Source of the DNA: Minisyncoccota bacterium
Lineage (GTDB): Bacteria > Patescibacteriota > Minisyncoccia > Phycocordibacterales > Phycocordibacteraceae
Reading direction: 5' to 3'
Assembly: GCA_036399335.1 (NCBI GenBank)
Contig: DASWNF010000010.1
Span: 4,066-68,065, forward strand
DNA: 64,000 nt
Shown: positions 29,749 to 38,026 of the stretch, piece by piece
How the letters are laid out: every line of letters begins with the position of its first letter
Numbering within the stretch: position 1 is the first letter of the stretch
The notes under the pieces: generated by a model
Databases searched by the model: none
The model's input: only the letters and a program-made list of their open reading frames with translations
What the model was told of the DNA's origin: nothing
Made by a program: the position numbers and the translations under genes

Positions 29749-30586
29749 TCCAGATTACGACCCTTACCGGGATTTTATCGAAAAGCTGCAGAAAGATATG
29801 CAGCCTTATATCGAGGCACAGGCACGTTTACTTGAGGCATATGCGCCGACCTTCGAGGCGATGAACCATCTTCTTGTGCGCCTGGGACCGGTGCTGCAGA
29901 AGCAGATAATGCATGTGGAGTGGGTAGTGAGAGCGCAGCAGCGAAAGGAGGAGGAGAAGGTTGCGATGCTAGAGAGCGGCTGGTGGTACACCCCTTCCTT
30001 GCTCACTATTGATTTTAGGATTACCGACAACGCAGTTGACCAATATGGGCAGGGTGACAAGGAAGCTATCGGACGCATGGTCGAGACTGAGTATCAGCGT
30101 GATGGCTGTGCACTACTTGAACAAGCCGTGCTTGCTTGGGGAAAGAATGCCTTGTTTGCTCCATGGCTCCCTCATGCAAAGGCCGCCTTAGCGGCTCACC
30201 GGCGCAAAGAGTATGAGCTAAGCGTGCCAGTGTTCCTGATCATTTCCGAAGGGGTTGCCACGGCCTTTTGTAAGGCAAATGGTGTTTATGACGACCAGGA
30301 TATATCGAGTGCAGGAAAGAAGATAAAGAAGGCCTTGGACATTGGCTACGACTCCGGGCATGACTTGGCCTTTTCGGCGGAGTTCCTGAAGAGCGCCATG
30401 AATACTACGATTTATAAGAATACTGACGCACTCAAAGAAAGGCTAAATCACGACATTCTAAATCGCCACGCTGTGCTTCATGGTGTTAAGCCAGGCTACG
30501 GAACGCCTAGGTCTTCGCTTCAAGCGTTCATGCTCGCAGACTTCTTGAGCGAACTTGCGCAACCTCCAGAGAAAGATAGGAAATAG
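29741..30586 (+). CDS. Hypothetical protein with C-terminal RxxxxH (HEPN-like) motif
   Basis: 281 aa, helical, LNRHAVLHG; overlaps DUF2726 gene by 8 nt. Confidence 0.65.
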   Translation: MHNPDYDPYRDFIEKLQKDMQPYIEAQARLLEAYAPTFEAMNHLLVRLGPVLQKQIMHVEWVVRAQQRKEEEKVAMLESGWWYTPSLLTIDFRITDNAVDQYGQGDKEAIGRMVETEYQRDGCALLEQAVLAWGKNALFAPWLPHAKAALAAHRRKEYELSVPVFLIISEGVATAFCKANGVYDDQDISSAGKKIKKALDIGYDSGHDLAFSAEFLKSAMNTTIYKNTDALKERLNHDILNRHAVLHGVKPGYGTPRSSLQAFMLADFLSELAQPPEKDRK

Positions 30587-30672
30587 AGGAAGATAAAATT
30601 TTCCTGCAGAAAATACTGCAAAATTAACGTAAATACCGTGAGCATTGACGTACGCATTGGTAACCTAAAAGT

Positions 30673-31653
30673 ATGTCATTAACTGTAAATGGTGCGTTCG
30701 CCACTTTCCATAAGGACTTTGTAAACCTGGATCCAGAGAGAACGAAGGTTGCCCGGGGCAGCAGAGACTGGTTATTTGATCAGTTGATAGGCCTACCACA
30801 AAAAGTAGACACATTCCCGCATTTGTATGCCGATAAGCATATCTATTATGGCTCGTTTGCGAGAAATACGAAGATACGCGAGCTCGATGATATAGACCTG
30901 ATTTTGGCTTTTCTTGCTCAAGGTACTAAATACCAAATTATTGTACCCGGCAAGGAATACGTGCTTACGCCGCCCGAGAGCGCGACGCATCTCCGAAAGC
31001 TTTGTCATGATGACGGTACCTTGAATTCAATAAAAGTAGTGAATCTGCTAGTCGCGTCCCTAGACAAGATTGAGCATTATAAGAAGTCAGAAAAGCATCG
31101 CAATCAAGAAGCAGCAACTCTCCAGCTTAGTTCGCATGAGTGGAAGTTCGATATAGTCCCTGCCTTCTTCGCTGATATAGACCACTACGTTATTCCTGAC
31201 GGGAAAGGGAACTGGAAGCCTACAGATCCACGAGTTGACCAAGAGAAGGTACAGCGGGTTAACGGGAAGCATGGAGGCAAGATCCTGCAGCTTATTCGGA
31301 CGTTAAAGTTTTGGAATAGGCGGGGACTTATGACTACTGCGCCCTCCTACCTATTTGAAAACATGATTCTTGATTACTTCGACAACCAAGCAGAGGTTCA
31401 CGATTATATTGACTTTAACTTGCGCGATTTTTGGGGTTACCTAATTACTGGCATTTACTACGATGTTATGGACCCGAAGAATTTGCAAGGCAACTTAAAT
31501 ACGCTGAGCCATTCAGAACGGGAAAGCATTTCTGCGAAGGCGGCAGATGCCTATGCTCGTGCAGCTGAGGCAATCAAGCTCGAGGTCACTGATGGCGACA
31601 TGGAAGCATCGATTCGGAAGTGGAGAGAGATCTTTGGGACGAACTTTATATGA
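30673..31653 (+). CDS. CD-NTase / SMODS nucleotidyltransferase (CBASS cyclase)
   Basis: YGSFARNTKIRELDDIDL (GS...DxD), FDIVPAF, WKPTDP, C-terminal WREIFG. Confidence 0.85.
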   Translation: MSLTVNGAFATFHKDFVNLDPERTKVARGSRDWLFDQLIGLPQKVDTFPHLYADKHIYYGSFARNTKIRELDDIDLILAFLAQGTKYQIIVPGKEYVLTPPESATHLRKLCHDDGTLNSIKVVNLLVASLDKIEHYKKSEKHRNQEAATLQLSSHEWKFDIVPAFFADIDHYVIPDGKGNWKPTDPRVDQEKVQRVNGKHGGKILQLIRTLKFWNRRGLMTTAPSYLFENMILDYFDNQAEVHDYIDFNLRDFWGYLITGIYYDVMDPKNLQGNLNTLSHSERESISAKAADAYARAAEAIKLEVTDGDMEASIRKWREIFGTNFI

Positions 31654-32546
31654 ACGACATACCTGAAAAGCAAAATCAGCCTAACCAGCTCGCCCTACTG
31701 TCAGCGCAAAGGCGCCTGTATTCGGCGTCAAAGAAACTTTTCTTCTGGCGGACAATCATTGCCTTATGTGTGGCAACGGTTGGCTCCTACCTCGTTTCGA
31801 ATATTACTTATTTCGGTTCATATCTCGCGTTAGCTATCGTAAGTTATATCGTTATAGATATTTATGTACTGAAACGGAAAGAATCTGAACACAGGGAAAC
31901 CGCTGCAGCAGTACAAGAACTTTTTGATACACGGCTCTATGAACTTCCATGGAATGATTTTGTGGCCAAGAAGAAACCAGATGACGAGCTGATTGCTCTC
32001 TGGGCCAGACCTCTTGAGCTCGATAACCAGGCGCTTAAGGATTGGTACCCACGTGAAGTCGGAAAAGCAGACTTGGATTTTGCCCGCTTTGTATGCCAAC
32101 GCACAAACTTATGGTGGGACTCCACGTTGAGACAGAATTACGTTCGATTCCTGATTTTTATACTAATTGCCACCGGAGTAGTCTTGGCATTATTGAGTAT
32201 CTATTTTGAGCTAAGTGTAGCAGCAGCGCTCGTCCAGCTTCTTCCATTGCTACCGCTCGCGAATTTGCTTCAGGAGCAAGTAAGGGACCACTGGGAGACT
32301 TACTCGCAGAACATATCCTTGAAAGGACAAATAGATGAGCAGATTGAAAAGATGGTACGCCGTGAAGTGTTAGAAACACCGTCAGTCGTGTCACGTATAT
32401 TTCAAGACGAGATATTTAGGCATCGGCGGAAATCCTCTCTTATTCTCGACTATTTCTACTGGAAATTCAGGCCGAAACAAGAGGAACAGATGCAGTTCAG
32501 TGCAGAATCGAAAGTCACAGAATACTTGAATGCAAAGCCGGCATAG
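31650..32546 (+). CDS. S-4TM family transmembrane CBASS effector
   Basis: QN...AQRRLYS, AAAVQELFD...LPWN, DWY, CQRTNLWWDS; two TM pairs; ATGA overlap with the cyclase. Confidence 0.85.
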   Translation: MNDIPEKQNQPNQLALLSAQRRLYSASKKLFFWRTIIALCVATVGSYLVSNITYFGSYLALAIVSYIVIDIYVLKRKESEHRETAAAVQELFDTRLYELPWNDFVAKKKPDDELIALWARPLELDNQALKDWYPREVGKADLDFARFVCQRTNLWWDSTLRQNYVRFLIFILIATGVVLALLSIYFELSVAAALVQLLPLLPLANLLQEQVRDHWETYSQNISLKGQIDEQIEKMVRREVLETPSVVSRIFQDEIFRHRRKSSLILDYFYWKFRPKQEEQMQFSAESKVTEYLNAKPA

Positions 32547-32562
32547 GTGCTAAGCTTCAAGC

Positions 32563-33414
32563 ATGAACCTCATACGAACGTACGCGCTTCCGGCAGTCAT
32601 CATCCTAGCCTTTATCCTGGTTGCTTTCTGGATGAGCCTCATGATATGGGGCTCTTGGTACGACGAGTGGAGCGGGTATAACGCGACGTGGGCCATTAGT
32701 GACGGGTACTGCAACATCGCCGTCATACCTATCCGGGGCGAAATTTATTCGTATGCGAGCGAGGACGAGCGGTACGCATTTCCCGTCACGGTCGGGGACG
32801 ATATCCTCGGGCTGATCGACCACATTGAGTCGGAGCCGGGCATTGACGGCGTCATGCTCCAGATTGATTCTCCCGGCGGGGAAATGACGCCGGCCACGGA
32901 GATCGTGGACCGGCTTAAGGCGCTCGACCTTCCCGTCGCCGCGTATATCCGCGAGATGGGTGCTTCTGCCGCCTATTACATTGCGACAGGCGCGGACACG
33001 ATCATCGCGACCCCGCTTTCAGACGTCGGCAGCATCGGCGTGACCATGTCGTACCTCGACCAGTCACGCCAGAACGAGGACGCGGGGCTCGAGTTCATCT
33101 CGCTTTCGTCTGGAAAGTACAAGGACTATGGGAACCCCAACCGGCCCCTAACTGAGGAGGAACGTGCGCTGCTTGAGCGCGACCTAAAGATATACCACGA
33201 CGTATTCGTGGCCAACATCGCCGGCAACCGCGGCCTGCCCGTTGAGGAGATTGCCGCGCTCGCCGACGGCTCCTCGATGCCCGCCAGTCTTGCGCTTGAA
33301 AAGAAACTTATCGACTCGGTAGGGAACAGGGATACGGTCCGCGAGTGGTTTGCCAGTACGCTTATCATGGACACGGAGAATGTCGTCTTGTGCCGTCCCG
33401 CGCAGGTGTATTAA
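32563..33414 (+). CDS. sppA: S49 family peptidase (SppA-like)
   Basis: IDSPGG, ASAAYYIA, GSIGV, SGKYKD; N-terminal TM. Confidence 0.9.
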   Translation: MNLIRTYALPAVIILAFILVAFWMSLMIWGSWYDEWSGYNATWAISDGYCNIAVIPIRGEIYSYASEDERYAFPVTVGDDILGLIDHIESEPGIDGVMLQIDSPGGEMTPATEIVDRLKALDLPVAAYIREMGASAAYYIATGADTIIATPLSDVGSIGVTMSYLDQSRQNEDAGLEFISLSSGKYKDYGNPNRPLTEEERALLERDLKIYHDVFVANIAGNRGLPVEEIAALADGSSMPASLALEKKLIDSVGNRDTVREWFASTLIMDTENVVLCRPAQVY

Positions 33415-33436
33415 CCGGCTCGGTGCGCTAAGCCCC

Positions 33437-34003
33437 ATGGACTACGAAATACGGGAAAGCGCGCGGGCACGGTACGTGCGGGTGTCGGTGTACCCGGACG
33501 GAAGGGTAATCGTGACGCGCCCGCGCGGAGTGTCGCTCCTTGCCATTACTAAGTTCGTGGAAGAACGGCGCAAGTGGATCCTGGAGGCGAAGGAAGAAGC
33601 CCGGAAAAAGGAGGAAGCGCGCAAGCGCCGGGAAGAGAAGTCGCCGAGTACCTTGCTCCCGCGGCCGCGCCGCGGGAGCAAGGTACATACTGAGGCGGTA
33701 AACCGTGCGCGCCTTCTCGTACACGCGCACCTCGAATCCCTGAATGCGCACTATGGTTTTACATATGGGCGCGTATCCATAAAGAGCCAGAAGTCTCTCT
33801 GGGGGAGTTGTTCGCATAAAGGGAACCTCAATTTCAATTATAAGATCGCGTATCTCCCCGAAGACGTAGCCGAGTACCTCGTCGCCCATGAACTGTGCCA
33901 CTTGAAAGAGATGAACCACTCACCTCGTTTCTGGGCGCTCGTGGGAACACAGGTGCCTGAGTATGCCCGCCTTCGGGCGCGGCTTCGCAGGTACCGGATA
34001 TAA
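33437..34003 (+). CDS. YgjP/DUF45-like Zn metallopeptidase-domain protein
   Basis: WGSCS, HELCHL...NHSPRFW. Confidence 0.9.
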   Translation: MDYEIRESARARYVRVSVYPDGRVIVTRPRGVSLLAITKFVEERRKWILEAKEEARKKEEARKRREEKSPSTLLPRPRRGSKVHTEAVNRARLLVHAHLESLNAHYGFTYGRVSIKSQKSLWGSCSHKGNLNFNYKIAYLPEDVAEYLVAHELCHLKEMNHSPRFWALVGTQVPEYARLRARLRRYRI

Positions 34004-34060
34004 AAAAACGCCGGTCCCAGGGGGACCGGCGTCGAGTTTTGTTGGTTGCCGTTTCAGGGC

Positions 34061-34723
34061 TTACAGCTCCATCACCTCGACGAAGCCGTAGCGGGCGACC
34101 GGAAGGTTGATGCGGGCGACGCGGCGGGTATGCGGCTTGGCCTTCGGATCGCCGCGGCTGCGCAGATGGAAACGGGCGGCCTTGTTCTCGTTGGCGGTGA
34201 GGTGCCCGACGAGGTACGTGGTGTTGTCCGAGAACTTCGTCTCGACCAGGGTCAGGTACCCCTTGAGCGGCTTGTCCGCCTCGACCGGCTTGCTGCTGAG
34301 GATCTCGATGCCGATGCCGATGCCCTTCCTCATGATGAGCGGCGCGATGTAGAGCTCCTCGGCGACCTGTGCCACCCCCTGTCCGGGAGTGAAACTCACC
34401 GGGCCTTCCCAGCGGATCCTGTTGGCGACGGCGTGCCGTTCGGGCTTATCCGCGGGCTTTTTGGCCTCGACGGACTTCGCAACCGCGACGGGCTTCGCGG
34501 CCTCGACCTGCGCCGGCAAGGCCTTCTTGACCTTCGTCGACGGCTGGTCGGAGCTTTTCTTCGCGCGCGCCTTCTTCGGCTTCGGGGCCGGCTTGTCGGT
34601 AACGGGCGCGGCGCTGACAGGGACGAGGATCTCCTCGAGCTGCGCGCCGTCGGTGGTGCCATTGTCGGTGCCGGAATCGATTTCGATGCCGACGAGCTGC
34701 TCTGCCATAGTTCCGTGCATCAT
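34061..34723 (-). CDS. Hypothetical protein with Lys/Pro/Ala-rich N-terminal linker
   Basis: Host-like codon usage; TTGACA/TATACT promoter at 34810-34781; terminator at about 34003-34032; start uncertain. Confidence 0.65.
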   Translation of the reverse strand: MMHGTMAEQLVGIEIDSGTDNGTTDGAQLEEILVPVSAAPVTDKPAPKPKKARAKKSSDQPSTKVKKALPAQVEAAKPVAVAKSVEAKKPADKPERHAVANRIRWEGPVSFTPGQGVAQVAEELYIAPLIMRKGIGIGIEILSSKPVEADKPLKGYLTLVETKFSDNTTYLVGHLTANENKAARFHLRSRGDPKAKPHTRRVARINLPVARYGFVEVMEL

Positions 34724-34887
34724 CTTCGTCACTCCCATGCTGATGAACCGTTGTGAAAGGGCGGTTCGTGACCCGGGGAAAGTATAATACAATAGCGTCG
34801 ATATTGTCAAGGTCATGCGTGTATGTATATAAAGGCTGGATTTCTCCTTTTGGCCCGGGAAGGATATACTTTCCTCACAATTCGTTC

Positions 34888-37434
34888 ATGAAATGGTCCT
34901 CCAAAATTGGTGCCTTCCTCATCTCATTCTCCCTCCTTATTCCACCGGTTTTTGCTGATGAGCTTGTTCCTGCGTCGGGTACGAAAGAAGCGGCCGTTGA
35001 GATGGTACTTGGAACTTCATTCTCGGAATCGGAGCCAGCATTAGGCTTAGAAGAGCCGTTACTTCCAGCTCCCGAACCAACGCCAGAAGGGGAAGAGGGG
35101 GGTCGTGTACCGGCAGCCCCATCCACTGAGGCAACCGAACCTGCGGACGAAGCCGTAGCAAGTACGACGACCCCAATTGCTACCTCAACACCGAGCACGA
35201 CGCCTCTGCCACCAGAAACAGCGACCACGACCGAGGCAGAACCAGCGGAAGGACTCGGCTACGTGCCGGGAGAAATACTCGTTAAATTTAAGGAACAGAA
35301 GATCGACCTTGAGCGCGCGTCCGGGGAAGCAAAGGCCGAAGCCTTTACCGAAGCGCGGGGCCTAGGGTTCGAAGGCAGCCTCGTTGAAGCGAACGTCGCC
35401 ATTATCACGACTGAGGGAAATGTCGCTGCCGAGGTAGAGAAGCTCGAAGCCGACCCGAACGTCGAGTACGCGGAACCGAACTACACCTATACCCTCGACG
35501 AGTACGCATCGACCACGAATGACACGCTCTGGACGAGCCTTTGGGGACTCCAGAACACGGGCGCATCGGTGAACGGTACGGTGGGAACGAATGATGCGGA
35601 CATCGACGCGCCTGCGGCGTGGACCTTGTCGCAGGGAGAAGGGGTAATCGTCGCCGTCATTGATACGGGCGTTAACTACGCGCACCCGGACCTCGTCGGC
35701 CGTATGTGGAACGGGAACTCGTGCGTACTTGGCGGTATGGCCGTGCTCGGCGGCTGCGAGCACGGGTATGACTTCGTGCGCGATAACAGCGATCCGACGC
35801 CCGTTAACGACCACGGTACGCATGTCGCGGGCACGATTGCAGCAACGCTTAACAACGGGGCAGGTACGGCAGGCGTGGCACCGCGTGCCCAAATCATGGC
35901 GCTCCGCACCGATTATGAGGACGAAGAGGGTAATACTGTACTTTCGCTCGACGCCATTATCGCAGCCATGGATTTTGCGACCGAGAATGGCGCCAAAGTC
36001 GCAAACGCAAGCTTCGGCAGCAGTTACGAGTCGATACTCCTTCGTGACGCGATTGGCCGCTTCGGGGACGCGGGCGGCATCTTTATCGCTGCAGCGGGGA
36101 ATGCATCGGGCAATAACGACGTGTTCCGCTACTACCCGGCAAGCTACGACCTCCCGAATGTGGTGAGCGTCGCCGCAACGAACCAGGATGACGGGCTCGC
36201 ATCGTTCTCAAACTACGGCAACACGTCCGTCGACGTGGGTGCGCCGGGCGTAAATATCCGGAGTACGGTATTGAACGATACGTACGGCTTTAAAGGCGGT
36301 ACCTCGATGGCCGCACCGCACGTAGCGGGCATTGCCGCACAGCTCTTCGCCCTCAAGCCATCGCTCAGCGTCGCTGCGGCTAAGGCGGCCATACTTACGA
36401 ACGGTGACGCGGCACCTGCGCTCGCCGGCAAGACGGTAACCGGGAAGCGCGTGAACGCCTTCCGCACGCTCACCTCGGTTGCGGGAGGCCTTGCAACGAC
36501 GACGCTTAACGTTACGGTTTCCGTAGTCAACGATTCGGGGCGCACGGCGACCTCAAGCGACGTCGTGTACAGCATCAGTAGCACAATGGCCACGTCTTCC
36601 GTAAGCGGTATAAATGCACACCTTATTACCCCCGGCTTTTATACGGTTACCCCGGCAAGCATGCGCGGATACGTGCTCGCAAGCTCAGGCTGCACAAGCC
36701 TCATGCTCGTCGCGAATGCCTCGACGACATGCTCCCTTACCTACAATGACTTCGTCGACGTTACGGCGCCGACCATATCGCTCACGGGCGCAAACCCCCA
36801 GGCGCTCACGGTAGGGAGCGCCTATACGGAACTCGGCGCTACCGCTACTGACGACGTCGACGTAAGCGTGCCTGTCGTTATCGACGCGTCTTCGCTTGAT
36901 ATACAGACAGCGGGCTCGTACGAAGTCCGGTACGTTGCTACCGACGCGGCAGGGAACGCCGCAACATCAACGCGTACGGTTACCATGTCTGCACCGCCGC
37001 GCTCGGGCGGCGGGGGTGGAGGGGGAGGTGGCGGAGGGGGAGGTGGCGGAGGAGGAGGTTCAAGCCGCTCAAAGAATAAAAAGAAGACGACAAGGGAAAC
37101 AACGTCCGAACCCGCCAAGAAGGCGACTACGACGAAGAAGAGGGCAGCCGTGACGCCGCCAGCTCCGGCTGCGCCTAAGACACTGCCGGTGAAACAGGCA
37201 CCCGTTCCGGTGAAGTATGTATACGTGCGCGACCTGGCCGTGGGCTACCAAGGTGCGGACGTGGCGAAGCTTCAGGAGTTTCTGGTTGCAAAGGGCTTTC
37301 TTTTTGCGGCACCCACCGGTTACTTCGGCACCATGACGCAGGACGCGCTCCGCAGGTACCAGGCAGCAAACGGTATCTTGCCCGCAACGGGCTACTTCGG
37401 GCCGCTTACGCGCGCGCGGGTGAACGCCCTATAG
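34888..37434 (+). CDS. Secreted S8 subtilase with Ig-like domains, poly-Gly linker and C-terminal peptidoglycan-binding domain
   Basis: Signal peptide; VAVIDTG, HGTHVAG, AAAGN, GTSMAAPHVAG; DVTAPTISLTG Ig-like; DVAKLQEFL...TGYFGPLTR. Confidence 0.93.
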   Translation: MKWSSKIGAFLISFSLLIPPVFADELVPASGTKEAAVEMVLGTSFSESEPALGLEEPLLPAPEPTPEGEEGGRVPAAPSTEATEPADEAVASTTTPIATSTPSTTPLPPETATTTEAEPAEGLGYVPGEILVKFKEQKIDLERASGEAKAEAFTEARGLGFEGSLVEANVAIITTEGNVAAEVEKLEADPNVEYAEPNYTYTLDEYASTTNDTLWTSLWGLQNTGASVNGTVGTNDADIDAPAAWTLSQGEGVIVAVIDTGVNYAHPDLVGRMWNGNSCVLGGMAVLGGCEHGYDFVRDNSDPTPVNDHGTHVAGTIAATLNNGAGTAGVAPRAQIMALRTDYEDEEGNTVLSLDAIIAAMDFATENGAKVANASFGSSYESILLRDAIGRFGDAGGIFIAAAGNASGNNDVFRYYPASYDLPNVVSVAATNQDDGLASFSNYGNTSVDVGAPGVNIRSTVLNDTYGFKGGTSMAAPHVAGIAAQLFALKPSLSVAAAKAAILTNGDAAPALAGKTVTGKRVNAFRTLTSVAGGLATTTLNVTVSVVNDSGRTATSSDVVYSISSTMATSSVSGINAHLITPGFYTVTPASMRGYVLASSGCTSLMLVANASTTCSLTYNDFVDVTAPTISLTGANPQALTVGSAYTELGATATDDVDVSVPVVIDASSLDIQTAGSYEVRYVATDAAGNAATSTRTVTMSAPPRSGGGGGGGGGGGGGGGGGGSSRSKNKKKTTRETTSEPAKKATTTKKRAAVTPPAPAAPKTLPVKQAPVPVKYVYVRDLAVGYQGADVAKLQEFLVAKGFLFAAPTGYFGTMTQDALRRYQAANGILPATGYFGPLTRARVNAL
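37006..37059 (+). repeat. Poly-glycine tract (about 18 Gly codons)
   Basis: Run of GGN codons inside the S8 gene. Confidence 0.9.
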
Positions 37435-37448
37435 TGAATGAATAGAAG

Positions 37449-37485
37449 AAAGGGCCGCCCAGGCTTTGCCTGGGCGGCCCTTTTT
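37449..37485. terminator. Bidirectional terminator
   Basis: aaagggccgcccaggc-ttt-gcctgggcggcccttttt. Confidence 0.85.
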
Positions 37486-37487
37486 CG

Positions 37488-37882
37488 TCACAACCCGTTC
37501 GGGTGTGCAGTGAAGTAGTGTCCGCTGATGTCGATGGTCTCATGCCAGGGACTTATCAGGGTCACGAACTGAGGATGCGCCTCCGCATCCTCGCTCGGGC
37601 GGATAGCGACCGCGACGAGTGCCTCCGTGCCGAAGACGGCCCGAAGGATATCCGGTGCGCGGTCGTTCAGCCAGAGGCGCGCGTTCGGCCGGAAGATCTC
37701 GACGACCTCTTCCGTCACCGGATGCGCGGCGAAAGTTCGCCGGCGTCTCCCAGCTGGTTGGTGCGGCGGATGCGGCGGGCATCTTCGACGAGCCATTTGC
37801 TCCAGAAGTGCATGCCGACGGCGGTAAGCGCGCCGATGAGGGCTGCGGGCCCAAGATCACGTATCGAAATGTGCATCTCCAT
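37488..37882 (-). other. Two small coupled ORFs or one frameshifted membrane-protein gene
   Basis: 55-aa TM ORF 37882-37715 whose TGA overlaps a GTG opening a frame that runs to 37488. Confidence 0.35.
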
Positions 37883-38026
37883 ACTCCCTATCGCGGAGGG
37901 GTCCTTCCCGTTCCGTCTAGGCGGAGGATAGCACGGACGGTGCCGGGGTAAAGGGGGAGTTTCGTATACGGCGCTTCGGGCGCGTGTCCCCTTAGCCTCG
38001 GGCGCAAGTAGGGGTACACTGGAGGG

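Noticed and set aside
27340-32546. Prophage or IS origin of the island
   Set aside because: No integrase, transposase, phage genes or clear flanking direct repeats
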